From a bacterium (GTDB lineage Bacteria > JADJOY01): 64,000 nucleotides of DNA. The position numbers and the translations under genes are program-made. Under the pieces are notes generated by a model that saw only the letters and a list, made by a program, of their open reading frames with translations, ran no database searches and was not told the origin of the DNA. Shown piece after piece: positions 10,781 to 20,775 of the stretch. The DNA lies in assembly GCA_046331705.1 (NCBI GenBank), contig JAXLQJ010000004.1, forward strand, positions 1-64,000, written 5' to 3'. Each line of letters starts with the position of its first letter. Within the stretch, counting starts at the first letter, position 1.

Positions 10781-11836
10781 TCACGGCTCGTTCCGCCCAC
10801 CGCCGTCGAAACGGCAAGCGATGGAAGTCACGACGGAAAAGTCCGGCGACGAGCCGTTCACCAGCCCCTCGACGAATCCCGCCTCGAGCGACAGGCCGCG
10901 CGAGGGAGGCGCGAATCGCAACCCCACGGCGAGCTCGGAGGAATCGGCCTTCAGCACGTCGAGCCCGCTGCCGCCGTAGGGGGACTGCCGGTAATCGACC
11001 TGCGCGAGCAGCTGCCAGGCGTCGCCGATCGCGTATCCGAAGGCCGCGAGCCCGCTCACCGCGGCCCGTGTCGAGACCCCGCCCAGACGGTCGGGAGCGC
11101 CGCCCGGCACCACGAACCCGAGCGCCAGCGAGATCCGAAGATCGCCGAGCGAGCGCGCCGCCTCGACCTCGCCAGCGACGTCGACGGCGCCGTTGCCGTG
11201 AACCAGGCTGGGATCACCGCTGGGCACCTCGACCACGCCGGTGGCCGAGAGCTCGGGAAGCCACCCCTCGAGGTCCTCGTCGAGCAGCCGAGCGCGCGCC
11301 TCCAGCGCGGCGTCACCGAGCCCGAAATGACCAGGCGCGGGCTGGAACGGGGAATCAGTCGCGTGCTGATAACGAAAATGGTAGTCGTTCTGGCCCACGT
11401 CCTTGCGCTGAGGCGACGGAGTGCCGACCGCCCGATCGACGACCTCGACCACCGAGTCGAGGACACCGTCGTAGTAGACGATCAGCGGCAGATCGAGCGC
11501 GACTCGAATGCGGTCCGTCGGCGCCCAGCCGAGGCTTGCGTCGAAGCGCGCTCCCTCGAGATCGAGAAGAATCGACGAGTCGCCGCGCTCCTGGCTCGAG
11601 AACGCCGCGAAATACCCGACGCTGAGACCGCCGCTGAGCTCGCCCTGCGCGACCGCGCCGAGCGGACCTCGATCCGGGTGCTGATAGACGATCTGGCGCA
11701 GTGGGTTCAGGTTGAGCGAGGGGAGCGGATCGGCGGGTGCCGCCGCGGCTGGCGCAGGCGCCAGCGCGAGCGGGAGCGACGCGAGGACGAGCGCGCGCCC
11801 GAGCCCGATCGCGCCGCGCACGCTTCTCCCCACCAC
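10781..11836 (-). CDS. Exported/outer-membrane protein, DUF3187-like
   Basis: Signal peptide; NLNPL, GVLDSVVE..D, GLGD, PSGD..GNG and C-terminal PDFS resemble DUF3187. Confidence 0.6.
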   Translation of the reverse strand: MVGRSVRGAIGLGRALVLASLPLALAPAPAAAAPADPLPSLNLNPLRQIVYQHPDRGPLGAVAQGELSGGLSVGYFAAFSSQERGDSSILLDLEGARFDASLGWAPTDRIRVALDLPLIVYYDGVLDSVVEVVDRAVGTPSPQRKDVGQNDYHFRYQHATDSPFQPAPGHFGLGDAALEARARLLDEDLEGWLPELSATGVVEVPSGDPSLVHGNGAVDVAGEVEAARSLGDLRISLALGFVVPGGAPDRLGGVSTRAAVSGLAAFGYAIGDAWQLLAQVDYRQSPYGGSGLDVLKADSSELAVGLRFAPPSRGLSLEAGFVEGLVNGSSPDFSVVTSIACRFDGGGRNEP

Positions 11837-11943
11837 GGGCCGCCTCGCCGGTCAGGCTTGGGCTTGGATCGCCGCGAACCGGTGGTCGACCACGAGTGCT
11901 CGCCGCGGGCGGACGCGCTCGCGTTGCGGCGCGTGCAACGGCC

Positions 11944-12273
11944 TCAGAGCGCCTTCTGGAAGAGCGCTTCGATCTGCCCGCGCGGCGCCATGCCCACGTG
12001 CTGCGCCACGACCTCGCCGCCCTTGTAGAGGATCAGCGTGGGGATCCCGCGCACGCCGAAGCGAGCGGCGATGCTCGGGCTGTGGTCGACGTTCAGCTTC
12101 GCGACCTGCACCTGGCCCTGGTACTTCTCGGCGGCTTCCTCGAGCAGCGGCGCGATCTGCCGGCACGGTCCGCACCACTCTGCCCAGAAATCGACCACCA
12201 CCGGCACCGTGCTCTGCAGCACCTTGGTGTCGAAGTCCTGCTCGCCGACGTGAATGATCTGCTCACTTGCCAT
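11944..12273 (-). CDS. trxA: Thioredoxin
   Basis: VDFWAEWCGPC and GVRGIPTL; ATG at 12273 with an upstream GGAG RBS. Confidence 0.96.
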   Translation of the reverse strand: MASEQIIHVGEQDFDTKVLQSTVPVVVDFWAEWCGPCRQIAPLLEEAAEKYQGQVQVAKLNVDHSPSIAARFGVRGIPTLILYKGGEVVAQHVGMAPRGQIEALFQKAL

Positions 12274-12633
12274 GGTCAGGCTCCTCGAATCGCCGCCTCG
12301 CGAACCTGCGCGAGCGGAACGACTCCAATCCTCGACGATCCATCGAACGCTTCGGCTCGGTCCTGAGTCGAGGCTCGCGCTCCGCGAGCGCGCCAACCGG
12401 ACGGCGCGGCGCCGTGCGGAGAGCGGCCAACATAAGGACGCCCCAACTACGCGTCAAATCGATTCCGACGCCGTTCGCGGGCGCAGCGGGGGCGGCGCCA
12501 CCCGCGTGATCGGCGGGCTTGCGAGCACGCGATCGCTGCGTGGGAAGCGTCCGCGCTTGGCGCGCTCGGTGGGCTTTGCCAACGCAACCGCGGCCATGAG
12601 CTCGAACGCGACGAGGCCGCGGACGCGCACCGG

Positions 12634-13215
12634 GTGCGCACGATCTTCGCGGAAGGCGCGGCGCTGCGCACGGCGTTCGCCGACCACATGGCCGGGCGGG
12701 TGGCCGAGGCCGCGCGGCGCATCACGGCGTGCTTCGCGAGCGGCGGCAAGCTGCTGCTCTTCGGTAACGGCGGCAGCGCCGCGGACGCGCAGCACATCGC
12801 CGCCGAGTTCGTGAATCGCTTCGTGGCCGAGCGGCGGGCGCTTCCGGCGCTGGCGCTCACCACGGACACCTCGGCGCTCACCAGCATCGCCAACGACCGC
12901 AGCTACGACGAGGTCTTCGCCCGTCAGATCGAAGCCTGGGGACGCCCCGGCGACGTCGCGCTTGCGATCAGCACCTCGGGGCGCTCGCCGTCCGTGCTGC
13001 GCGCGGTCGGTGCTTGCAAGGAACGCGGCGTGACCACCATCGGGCTCACCGGCGGTGGCGGCGGCGCGCTCGGCGCCGAGGTCGACCTCTTGATCGACGT
13101 CGCCGGCAGCCGCGACACCGCCCGCATCCAGGAGATCCACATCACGGTCGGGCACGTGATCTGCGAGTTGGTGGACGCCGCCCTGGCCGCCGCGCCGATC
13201 CGCGCCGCTCACTGA
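12634..13215 (+). CDS. gmhA: D-sedoheptulose-7-phosphate isomerase
   Basis: GNGGSAADAQHIAAE, TSIANDRSY, ISTSGRS, ARIQEIH. Confidence 0.93.
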   Translation: MRTIFAEGAALRTAFADHMAGRVAEAARRITACFASGGKLLLFGNGGSAADAQHIAAEFVNRFVAERRALPALALTTDTSALTSIANDRSYDEVFARQIEAWGRPGDVALAISTSGRSPSVLRAVGACKERGVTTIGLTGGGGGALGAEVDLLIDVAGSRDTARIQEIHITVGHVICELVDAALAAAPIRAAH

Positions 13216-13256
13216 CGATCCGTCCGAACTCGTCGCGCCCGACGCCCCTCTCGACG

Positions 13257-14171
13257 ATGCGCACCGTTTCGCTGGCCGAGCGAACCAGCAAGGTCCACGT
13301 CGAGGACTTCGGGCGTCCGCACGTTCCCGGCGAGACGCTCGCGGGCTTCCTCGCGAAGCTGCCGCGGTTTCTCGCCGCGAGCCAGCTCCTCGAGGTCGCC
13401 GACCGCGTGGTCGCTGCGCGACGTGGCGGCCGGCCCGTGATCGTCGGCATGGGCGCCCACGTCATCAAGGTCGGGCTGAGCCCGATCCTGATCGACCTGA
13501 TGGAGCGCGGCATCGTGACCGCGCTCGCGATGAACGGCGCGGGAATCGTCCACGACTACGAGATCGCCCTCGCCGGCCGCACCAGCGAGGACGTCGACGC
13601 CTCGCTCCCCGAGGGCCGCTTCGGCGTCACGGCAGAGACCGGCGAGTTCCTCAACGCCGCGATCGTGCGCGGCCACGCCCGCGGGCTGGGCCTCGGCGAG
13701 GCCGTCGCCGAGGCGATGAGCGAAGCCGAGCTGATGCATCCCGCGGCGAGCCTGCTGCTCGCGACGCGCCGGCTCGGGCTCTCGGCCACGGTCCACGTCG
13801 CCATCGGCACCGACGTGCTGCACATCCACCCGCGCGCCGATGGCGCCGCGATCGGCGCCACGGCGCTGCGCGACTTCCAGCGCTTCTGCACCGCCGTGAC
13901 CGCCCTCGACGGCGGCGTGTACCTCAACTTGGGCTCGGCCGTGGTGCTACCCGAGGTCTTTCTCAAGGCAGTGACGCTGGCACGGAACCAGGGCCATCCG
14001 CTCGCGGACATCACCACCGCCGACCTCGACTTCCGCGCGCACTACCGGCCGCTCACCAACGTGGTTCGTCGTCCCACCGAGGGGCATGGGCGCGGCTTCC
14101 ACGTGACCGGCCACCACGAGATCAACGTGCCGCTGCTGGCGGCGGCGATACTGGAACGATCGAATCGCTGA
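13257..14171 (+). CDS. Deoxyhypusine-synthase-like hypothetical protein (GSU2086-type)
   Basis: MGAHVIKVGL, NGAGIVHDYE, GSAVVLPEVFLKA, GHHEI; family commonly next to gmhA. Confidence 0.75.
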   Translation: MRTVSLAERTSKVHVEDFGRPHVPGETLAGFLAKLPRFLAASQLLEVADRVVAARRGGRPVIVGMGAHVIKVGLSPILIDLMERGIVTALAMNGAGIVHDYEIALAGRTSEDVDASLPEGRFGVTAETGEFLNAAIVRGHARGLGLGEAVAEAMSEAELMHPAASLLLATRRLGLSATVHVAIGTDVLHIHPRADGAAIGATALRDFQRFCTAVTALDGGVYLNLGSAVVLPEVFLKAVTLARNQGHPLADITTADLDFRAHYRPLTNVVRRPTEGHGRGFHVTGHHEINVPLLAAAILERSNR

Positions 14172-14225
14172 GCGACGACGATCGCGGCGGTCCACGGGCC
14201 GCCCGGGATCCCGGCGGCCTGCCCC

Positions 14226-15044
14226 ATGTCTCGCCCCTTGATCACGCTCACCACGGATTTCGGCACGCTCGATCCCTACGTCGCGCAGATGAAGGGCGTG
14301 CTGGTGAGCCTGATCCCCGAGGCCCGGGTCCTCGATCTCTCCCACGAGATCCCCGCGGGTGACGTGCGCGCCGGCGCGCTCTTTCTCGACGCCGCGGTGC
14401 CGCGCTTCCCGGCGGGTACCGTGCACGTCGCGGTGATCGACCCCGGCGTCGGCGGGCGCCGCCGGCCGCTGGCTGTGGCAACGCCGCGCTCGGTGCTCGT
14501 CGGCCCGGACAACGGCCTCTTCGGCTCGTTCCTGGACGAGCCGGGGGCACGCGCCGTCGTGCTCGATCGCCGTGAGCATTGGGCCGCCGAGATCAGCCAC
14601 ACGTTTCACGGCCGTGACGTGTTCGCGCCGGTGGCGGCGCGGCTCGCCGGCGGGCTCGCGCTCGCGGCGGTCGGCTCGCCGTGCGCGGATCCGGTGCGTC
14701 TCGCGTGGCCCGCGCCCCGGGCGAGCGACGCTTCGATCGAGGGCGAGATCATCCACGTCGACCACTTCGGGAACCTGGTGAGCAACATCCCGGCGGCGGC
14801 GTTCGCGAGCCGTCAGCTCGGCCCCGGCGCGATCGTCGCGAGCTACCTCGATCGACGCGTTCCGGGCCCCTTCGCTTCCTACGATGCGGTGCCCGTGGGT
14901 GAAGCGCTGTGGGTGGTCGGCAGCACCGGCCGCGTCGAGCTCTCCGTCAACCGAGGTCGCGCGGATCGAGTGCTCGGAGGCGGGGTGGGAACGGCGGTGC
15001 GCCTCGAGTTCTCCGACTCGCGGACGGGCGCCGATGTCCGGTGA
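14226..15044 (+). CDS. SAM hydroxide adenosyltransferase (DUF62; halogenase superfamily)
   Basis: ITLTTDFG, VIDPGVG, GPDNG, TFHGRDVFAP, HVDHFGN. Confidence 0.9.
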   Translation: MSRPLITLTTDFGTLDPYVAQMKGVLVSLIPEARVLDLSHEIPAGDVRAGALFLDAAVPRFPAGTVHVAVIDPGVGGRRRPLAVATPRSVLVGPDNGLFGSFLDEPGARAVVLDRREHWAAEISHTFHGRDVFAPVAARLAGGLALAAVGSPCADPVRLAWPAPRASDASIEGEIIHVDHFGNLVSNIPAAAFASRQLGPGAIVASYLDRRVPGPFASYDAVPVGEALWVVGSTGRVELSVNRGRADRVLGGGVGTAVRLEFSDSRTGADVR

Positions 15045-16116
15045 CAACGGCCACGCGATGCCGCACGCCGAATGGGTGCGCGCGACCGCCGCGGCGGGCT
15101 TGCGCGCGGCGGCGGAGGCGCCTGCTGGCGAACCACCTCCCGCGCCTCACGAGGAGCGTCGCGCCGGCCGCCGGCTCGCCGTCCACGTGGTGCTCTATCT
15201 CGTGACCATCGCGTCGACCTGGCTGGCGGGCGGCGGGCTCTTCGCGCTGACGCTCATGACCATCCTGACCTGTCACGAGGCGGGCCACTACCTCTTCGCG
15301 ATGCGCCATCGCGTGCCGGCGAGCTTGCCCTATTTCATCCCGTTCCCGCTCTCGCCGTTCGGCACGATGGGGGCCGTGATCGCCATGCCGGCGCGGATTC
15401 CCCACCGTCGCGCGTTGCTCGACATCGGCGCCGCCGGACCCATCGCCGGCTTCGCCATCGCCCTGCCGGCGTTGATGCTCGGCATGCGCTGGAGCCACGT
15501 GGGCGGCGCGCCGGCGGTGACCGGCGAGCTGGTGTTCGGCGACAACCTCGTGGTGAAGCTGATCGGCGCGTGGCTCGGCCCGGCGAATCCGCGCAACGAC
15601 GTGTTGGTGCTGCACCCCGTGGGCTTCGCCGGCTACGTGGGCTCGCTGGTCACGGCGTTCAACCTGATCCCGGTGGGACAGCTCGATGGCGGGCACGTCC
15701 TGCAGGCCCTGGTGGGCCGTCGGCCGGTGCCGCGACTGCTCGCCTGGGGTGCGGCGCTTCGCGGCACGCTCGAGGGTGAGCCACCGATCGCGGAGCCGTT
15801 CTCGGCCCGAGCGCTCGGGCGCTTGCTCCGCCGCCAGGCCGGACTGCGCCTCGCGCGGCTGCTCACGTTCGCCGGCAGCTCGGTGCCACGCTGTCTCGGA
15901 GTCGGGATCGTCGGCCTGCTGGTGGTGATGGGAACCGTGAGCGCGTGGAAGGGATGGCTGGTGTGGGCGGGGCTGCTGGTGCTGATCGGAGTCGACCACC
16001 CGCCCACCACCGAGGAAGCCCAACCGCTCGATCGACGACGCGCGCTCGTGGCGCTGGTGTGCGCCATCGTGCTGGTGCTGACCTTCGTGCCGGTGCCGGT
16101 GCAGCCGCTGCGGTGA
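15034..16116 (+). CDS. Site-2 protease (peptidase M50)
   Basis: HEAGH zinc motif, GTMGAVI, GAAGPIAG, NLIPVGQLDGGH. Confidence 0.9.
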   Translation: MSGDNGHAMPHAEWVRATAAAGLRAAAEAPAGEPPPAPHEERRAGRRLAVHVVLYLVTIASTWLAGGGLFALTLMTILTCHEAGHYLFAMRHRVPASLPYFIPFPLSPFGTMGAVIAMPARIPHRRALLDIGAAGPIAGFAIALPALMLGMRWSHVGGAPAVTGELVFGDNLVVKLIGAWLGPANPRNDVLVLHPVGFAGYVGSLVTAFNLIPVGQLDGGHVLQALVGRRPVPRLLAWGAALRGTLEGEPPIAEPFSARALGRLLRRQAGLRLARLLTFAGSSVPRCLGVGIVGLLVVMGTVSAWKGWLVWAGLLVLIGVDHPPTTEEAQPLDRRRALVALVCAIVLVLTFVPVPVQPLR

Positions 16117-16126
16117 GGCGACGACG

Positions 16127-16432
16127 ATGCGAGCGCTCGCGGTGGATACCCACGTGGCGATCTTCCACGCGCTGCACCGCGTGATGGCCGCCGAGCAGGC
16201 ATTGCGCGCCGCGCGTGTCCGCCACCGTCTGATGGCGACCCCACGCCCGCTCACGTCCTCCTGCGGGCTGGCGATCGCGTTTCCCGGGGACACACTGGCG
16301 AGCGTCGAGAGCGCGCTCACCAGCGCAGCACCGATCGTGGAGCTCTGGCGCTCCACGGGAGAGCGCTACGAGCGGGTGCCGACGCTCTCCTGCCGGACCG
16401 CACGAGCGCCAGCAGCGGAGCGGACGCCATGA
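16127..16432 (+). CDS. DUF3343-like small protein
   Basis: FHALHRVMAAE and TPRPLTSSCGLAI match the DUF3343 pattern. Confidence 0.7.
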   Translation: MRALAVDTHVAIFHALHRVMAAEQALRAARVRHRLMATPRPLTSSCGLAIAFPGDTLASVESALTSAAPIVELWRSTGERYERVPTLSCRTARAPAAERTP

Positions 16433-17004
16433 AGCTCGAGATCGCCGGACGAACGCTCGAGCTCGCCCGCGGCGACATCACCCACGAGCACACGGACGCG
16501 ATCGTCAACGCGGCCAACTCCTCGCTCCTCGGCGGGGGAGGCGTCGACGGCGCGATCCACCGCGCCGGCGGCCCGGCGATTCTCGACGCCTGCAAGCGAA
16601 TCCGCGCCGAGCGCGGCAGCTGTCCCACCGGCGACGCCGTGATCACCACCGGTGGAAACCTCGCCGCGCGCTTCGTGATCCACGCCGTGGGCCCGATCTG
16701 GCGGGGGGGTCGCGACGGTGAACCCGAGCTGCTCGCAGCCGCCTACGCGAGCTCGCTCGCCCTCGCGGAGGCCCACGGGCTCCAATCGATCGCGTTTCCT
16801 TCCATCTCGACCGGCGCGTACGGCTATCCCGAGCCGGCGGCCGCCGCCATCGCGCTGGGCACCGTGGCTCGGCATCTGCGCGGCGACTGCGGGCTCAGGC
16901 TCGTGCGCTTCGTGCTCTTCGGCGAGGTGACCCTCGCGCACTACCGAGTGGCGCTCGGAGCGCTGGGCAGATCGAGTCCATCCTCCACCGGTACGGCACC
17001 ATGA
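16429..17004 (+). CDS. ymdB: Macrodomain O-acetyl-ADP-ribose deacetylase (YmdB-like)
   Basis: GDIT, DAIVNAANSSLLGGGGVDGAIH, IHAVGP, SIAFPSISTGAYGYP. Confidence 0.9.
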   Translation: MKLEIAGRTLELARGDITHEHTDAIVNAANSSLLGGGGVDGAIHRAGGPAILDACKRIRAERGSCPTGDAVITTGGNLAARFVIHAVGPIWRGGRDGEPELLAAAYASSLALAEAHGLQSIAFPSISTGAYGYPEPAAAAIALGTVARHLRGDCGLRLVRFVLFGEVTLAHYRVALGALGRSSPSSTGTAP

Positions 17005-17858
17005 GCGGCGGGAGTCTCGCGCAGCAGCCGCGCGAGCGCGGCCCGCACGCGATCGGGGACCGCTCGATACGCACCGTGAGCCGTCGCCGGACATCGCTCG
17101 CGTTCCAACGACCGGGGGCGATCGTGCTGGCGACGATCACCGTCCTGGCGAGCGCCTGCCGAGCGCCCGCCGATCCCGCGCCGCACCCGACCTCGTGGAA
17201 CGCGGCACTCGCGAGCGTGCGCACCGGTCTCGCCGAGCGCCACGCGAGCTGGGGGCCGCTACCGGCCGCGGGATCCGCGCGACGCACGCACCTGGGTCAG
17301 CTCGCCGAGTACGCACGCGCCACCCTGCGCCCGATCCGCGATCGCCCCGAGGCCACCACCGCCGAGGAATTGGCGCGCTTTCTTCCCGCCGCGACGGACG
17401 GCTCCGCGGCGAGCGCTGCAGTCGTGGGCCGCTTCACGTACCTCGGCCACGGGTACGCGAAGGCGAGCGCCCGGATCTCGCTCGCGAGCGGGACCGCCTG
17501 GCTCGAGATCGTCGACTGCGCGGGTGCGGCGGATCTCGTCGTGCCCTTCGAGGTGAAGCGGGCGGTGGCCGCCAACGACACGGCCGGGCAGTACCGCGCC
17601 ACGACCATCGCGGGCTTTCCCGCGGTGGAAAGCGAGCTCGCGCACACGGACGCGCCAGGGCTGGTCGCGCGGCTCGTGGAGGTCGCGATCGGCGACCGGG
17701 CGCTGGTGATCGCGCGCGGCGATCGCGACGTGTCGTCGGCGACGCTGCGTGCGCTGATCGAGGGTGTCGACCTGGCCGCCATCCACGCCACGTTCGCCAC
17801 CAAGTCCGCGCGCGAAGGCCACGACGCGAGCCCGCCCCAGCCTTCCGAGGACGGTTGA
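17001..17858 (+). CDS. Hypothetical lipoprotein
   Basis: ATGA overlap with the macrodomain gene; hydrophobic stretch ending LASAC. Confidence 0.55.
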   Translation: MSGGSLAQQPRERGPHAIGDRSIRTVSRRRTSLAFQRPGAIVLATITVLASACRAPADPAPHPTSWNAALASVRTGLAERHASWGPLPAAGSARRTHLGQLAEYARATLRPIRDRPEATTAEELARFLPAATDGSAASAAVVGRFTYLGHGYAKASARISLASGTAWLEIVDCAGAADLVVPFEVKRAVAANDTAGQYRATTIAGFPAVESELAHTDAPGLVARLVEVAIGDRALVIARGDRDVSSATLRALIEGVDLAAIHATFATKSAREGHDASPPQPSEDG

Positions 17859-17904
17859 CTTTTGATGCCTGCCCGCTAGGTTAGCCCGCCCCCGAGGGGC
17901 GGGC
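17855..17904 (+). promoter_or_regulatory. Candidate sigma70 promoter and leader hairpin upstream of aminotransferase-serA
   Basis: TTGACT (17855-60), 16-nt spacer, TAGGTT (17877-82); followed by hairpin GCCCGCCCC-CGA-GGGGCGGGC. Confidence 0.4.
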
Positions 17905-17939
17905 GTCGGCCGCCGCTCACCCTGCTCGAGCACCGCCGA

Positions 17940-19109
17940 ATGAACAAATACCGCCTGCTGGCGCCTGGCCCGACTCCGGTCGCCGCCGAGACCGCCCTCG
18001 CCATGGCGGCGCCGCTGCTCCATCACCGCGGGCCGGCGTTTCGCGCGGTGTTCGCACGCGTGCGCGACCAGCTTCGGCCGGTCTTCGGTACCCGCGGCGA
18101 AGTCCTGGTGCTGACCTGCTCGGGCACCGGCGCGATGGAAGCGGCGGTGGTGAACCTGCTCTCCGCCGGCGACACCGCGATCGTGGTTCGCGGCGGCAAG
18201 TTCGGCGAGCGCTTCGGGGCGATGCTCGAGGCCTACGGATGCCAGATGGTCGCGCTGGACGTCCCGTGGGGCACTGCGGTGAGCCCGGATGCGGTGGCGC
18301 GAGCGCTCGAGTCGAACCCACGGGCGCGGGCGGTGTTCGTACAGGCCACCGAGACCTCGACTGGCGTCTTGCACCCGGTGCGCGAGATCGCCGCCATCAC
18401 CCGTTCGCGAGCCGACGTGGCGCTGGTGGTGGATGGGATCACCGCGGTGGGCGTGCTGCCGATCCCGATGGACGAGTGGGGAATCGACGTCCTCATCGGC
18501 GGCGCGCAGAAGGCGTTCATGATCCCCCCGGGCCTGGCGTTCGTGTCCCTCGGCGCCAAGGCGTGGGCGCTGGCCGAGCGCGCCCGGTTGCCGCGGTTCT
18601 ACTTCGACCTGCGGCGCGAGCGCGACTCGCAGGTGAAGGGCGAGAGCGCGTGGACGCCCGCGATCTCGCTGGTCATCGGGCTCGCCGAGGCGCTCGACCG
18701 GCTGCACGCGGAGGGGCTCGAGAACGCGTACGCGCGCCAAGCCCTGCTGGCGGCGGCGACCCGCGCCGCGCTGGTCGCGCTCGGCTTTCGGCTGGTCGCC
18801 GAGCAGGCCCCCAGCCCCGCGCTCACCGCGGCGCACGCGCCCACCGGGGTGGACGCCGCCGCCATCGTGCGGGCGCTGCGCGACGACCACGGGATCGTCG
18901 TCTCGGGCGGCCAAGGCGCGCTCAAGGGACGCATCCTGCGCATCGGTCATCTGGGCTATGTTGACGGTTTCGACGTGCTCGCCGTGGTGGCGGCACTCGA
19001 GCGGGTGCTCGTTTCGTTGGGTGCGCAGGTCGCGCTCGGCCGGGGGCTGACCGTCGCCCAGCAGGTGCTGGGCGCGCCCACCACCAGCGGGCACGGCGCC
19101 ACGCCGTGA
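17940..19109 (+). CDS. Class-V PLP aminotransferase (serine-pyruvate/alanine-glyoxylate type; probable SerC substitute)
   Basis: LLAPGPTP, GTGAMEAA, ETSTGV, VVDGIT, AQKAFMIPPG, RIGHLG; upstream of serA. Confidence 0.88.
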   Translation: MNKYRLLAPGPTPVAAETALAMAAPLLHHRGPAFRAVFARVRDQLRPVFGTRGEVLVLTCSGTGAMEAAVVNLLSAGDTAIVVRGGKFGERFGAMLEAYGCQMVALDVPWGTAVSPDAVARALESNPRARAVFVQATETSTGVLHPVREIAAITRSRADVALVVDGITAVGVLPIPMDEWGIDVLIGGAQKAFMIPPGLAFVSLGAKAWALAERARLPRFYFDLRRERDSQVKGESAWTPAISLVIGLAEALDRLHAEGLENAYARQALLAAATRAALVALGFRLVAEQAPSPALTAAHAPTGVDAAAIVRALRDDHGIVVSGGQGALKGRILRIGHLGYVDGFDVLAVVAALERVLVSLGAQVALGRGLTVAQQVLGAPTTSGHGATP

Positions 19110-19188
19110 AGATCCACGACCTCGCGATCGCAGCTTCCGCTCGCACGATCTCCCTCCTCCCCGTTTCCTTTCTCGACGAGGTGACACC

Positions 19189-20775
19189 GTGAAAGTGCTG
19201 GTAACCGATCGACTCTCCGACAAGGGCCTCGGTCTGCTCCGCGACGCGGGCGGATTCGACGTCGTGAACAAGGTGGGCCTCGTGAAGGAGGCGCTGCTCG
19301 CCGAGATCGCCGACGCCGACGCGTTGGTGGTGCGCAGCGAGACCAAGGTCACCCGCGAGGTGCTGGCCGCCGCCGCGAAGCTCAAGGTGATCGGCCGCGC
19401 GGGAGTGGGCGTCGACAACATCGACGTCCCGGCCGCCAACGAGCGCGGCATCGTGGTCATGAACACGCCGGGCGGGAACACCGTCACCACCGCCGAGCAC
19501 GCCATCAGCCTGATGCTGTCGCTGGCGCGCAAGATCCCCCAGGGCACCATGACCCTCAAGAAGGGCGAGTGGGCGAAGAAGAAGCTCACCGGCATGGAGA
19601 TCATGGGGAAGACGCTCGGCGTCATCGGTCTCGGCAACATCGGCCGGGTGGTCGCCGACCGCGCGCGCGGCCTCAAGATGCAGGTCGTCGGCTTCGATCC
19701 GTTCCTGACCCGCGAGGCGGCCGAGAAGATCGGCGTCGAGCTGGTGGATCTCGACGAGCTCTACAAGCGCGCCGACATCATCACCGTCCACACGCCGCTC
19801 ACGACCGAGACCAAGGCGCTCATCAACCGCGAGACGTTCGCGAAGATGAAGAACGGCGTGCTGGTCATCAACGCGGCGCGCGGCGGCATCGTCGACGAGG
19901 CGGCGCTCGCCGAGGCGATCGGCATCGGCAAGGTCGCGGGCGCGGCCCTCGACGTCTTCGTCGAGGAGCCGCCGCCCAAGGATCATCCGCTGCTCGCGCT
20001 CGACAACGTCATCTGCACGCCCCACCTCGGCGCCGCCACCGAGGAAGCGGCCGAGAAGGTCGCGTACCAGGTGGCCGAGCAGATCCGCGACTATCTGCTC
20101 AAGGGCGAGATCCGCAACGCCGTGAACGTCCCCTCGGTGAGCGCCGACGAGCTACCGCGGCTGCGCCCCTACCTGACGCTGGCGGAACGGCTCGGCAGCT
20201 TCCTGGGCCAGACCGTGGACGACGCGCCGCGCGAGATCGCCATCGAGTACCTGGGCGAGGTGCGCGACGTGAACACCGCCGCGCTGACGAACGCGGTGCT
20301 GCGCGGTCTGCTGGCGCCGTTGCTGGACGTGGTCGTCAACGACGTCAGCGCGCCAGTGGTGGCTCGCGAGCGCGGAGTTCGCGTGAGCGAGAGCAAGTCC
20401 TCGCGGGACGTCGACTTCTCGAACCTGATCCAGGTCACGCTCACCACCTCGAAGGGAACCGCGCGGGTGGCCGGCGCAGTCCTCGGCAAGGACCATCCGC
20501 GGCTGGTGCGTTTCAACGACTTCTTCCTGGAAGGGATCCTGGAGGGCAACATCGTCGTCCTCCAGAACCAGGACGTACCGGGAGTGGTGGGCCGTCTCGG
20601 CACGGTGCTGGGCGAGAAGGGGATCAACATCGCAGGGCTCGAGCTCGGCCGCGACAAGACCAACGGCCGTGCCGTGAGCCTCTTCCACGTCGACGGCGAG
20701 CTGCCCGCGGCGGTGCTCGACGTGATCCGGAAGCAGCCGGCGATCCTGTCGGCCACACAGGTGAAGCTCGTATGA
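19189..20775 (+). CDS. serA: D-3-phosphoglycerate dehydrogenase (with ASB and ACT domains)
   Basis: GRAGVGVDNID, GLGNIG, INAARGG, TPHLGA, C-terminal DVPGVVG ACT domain. Confidence 0.96.
   Translation: MKVLVTDRLSDKGLGLLRDAGGFDVVNKVGLVKEALLAEIADADALVVRSETKVTREVLAAAAKLKVIGRAGVGVDNIDVPAANERGIVVMNTPGGNTVTTAEHAISLMLSLARKIPQGTMTLKKGEWAKKKLTGMEIMGKTLGVIGLGNIGRVVADRARGLKMQVVGFDPFLTREAAEKIGVELVDLDELYKRADIITVHTPLTTETKALINRETFAKMKNGVLVINAARGGIVDEAALAEAIGIGKVAGAALDVFVEEPPPKDHPLLALDNVICTPHLGAATEEAAEKVAYQVAEQIRDYLLKGEIRNAVNVPSVSADELPRLRPYLTLAERLGSFLGQTVDDAPREIAIEYLGEVRDVNTAALTNAVLRGLLAPLLDVVVNDVSAPVVARERGVRVSESKSSRDVDFSNLIQVTLTTSKGTARVAGAVLGKDHPRLVRFNDFFLEGILEGNIVVLQNQDVPGVVGRLGTVLGEKGINIAGLELGRDKTNGRAVSLFHVDGELPAAVLDVIRKQPAILSATQVKLV

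Noticed and set aside
14226..15044. Fluorinase/chlorinase
   Set aside because: It retains the TFHGRD motif typical of DUF62 hydroxide adenosyltransferases, and there is no biosynthetic cluster nearby.
16429..17004. DarG antitoxin or defence macrodomain
   Set aside because: It is a plain YmdB-type domain with no DarT or ADP-ribosyltransferase neighbour.
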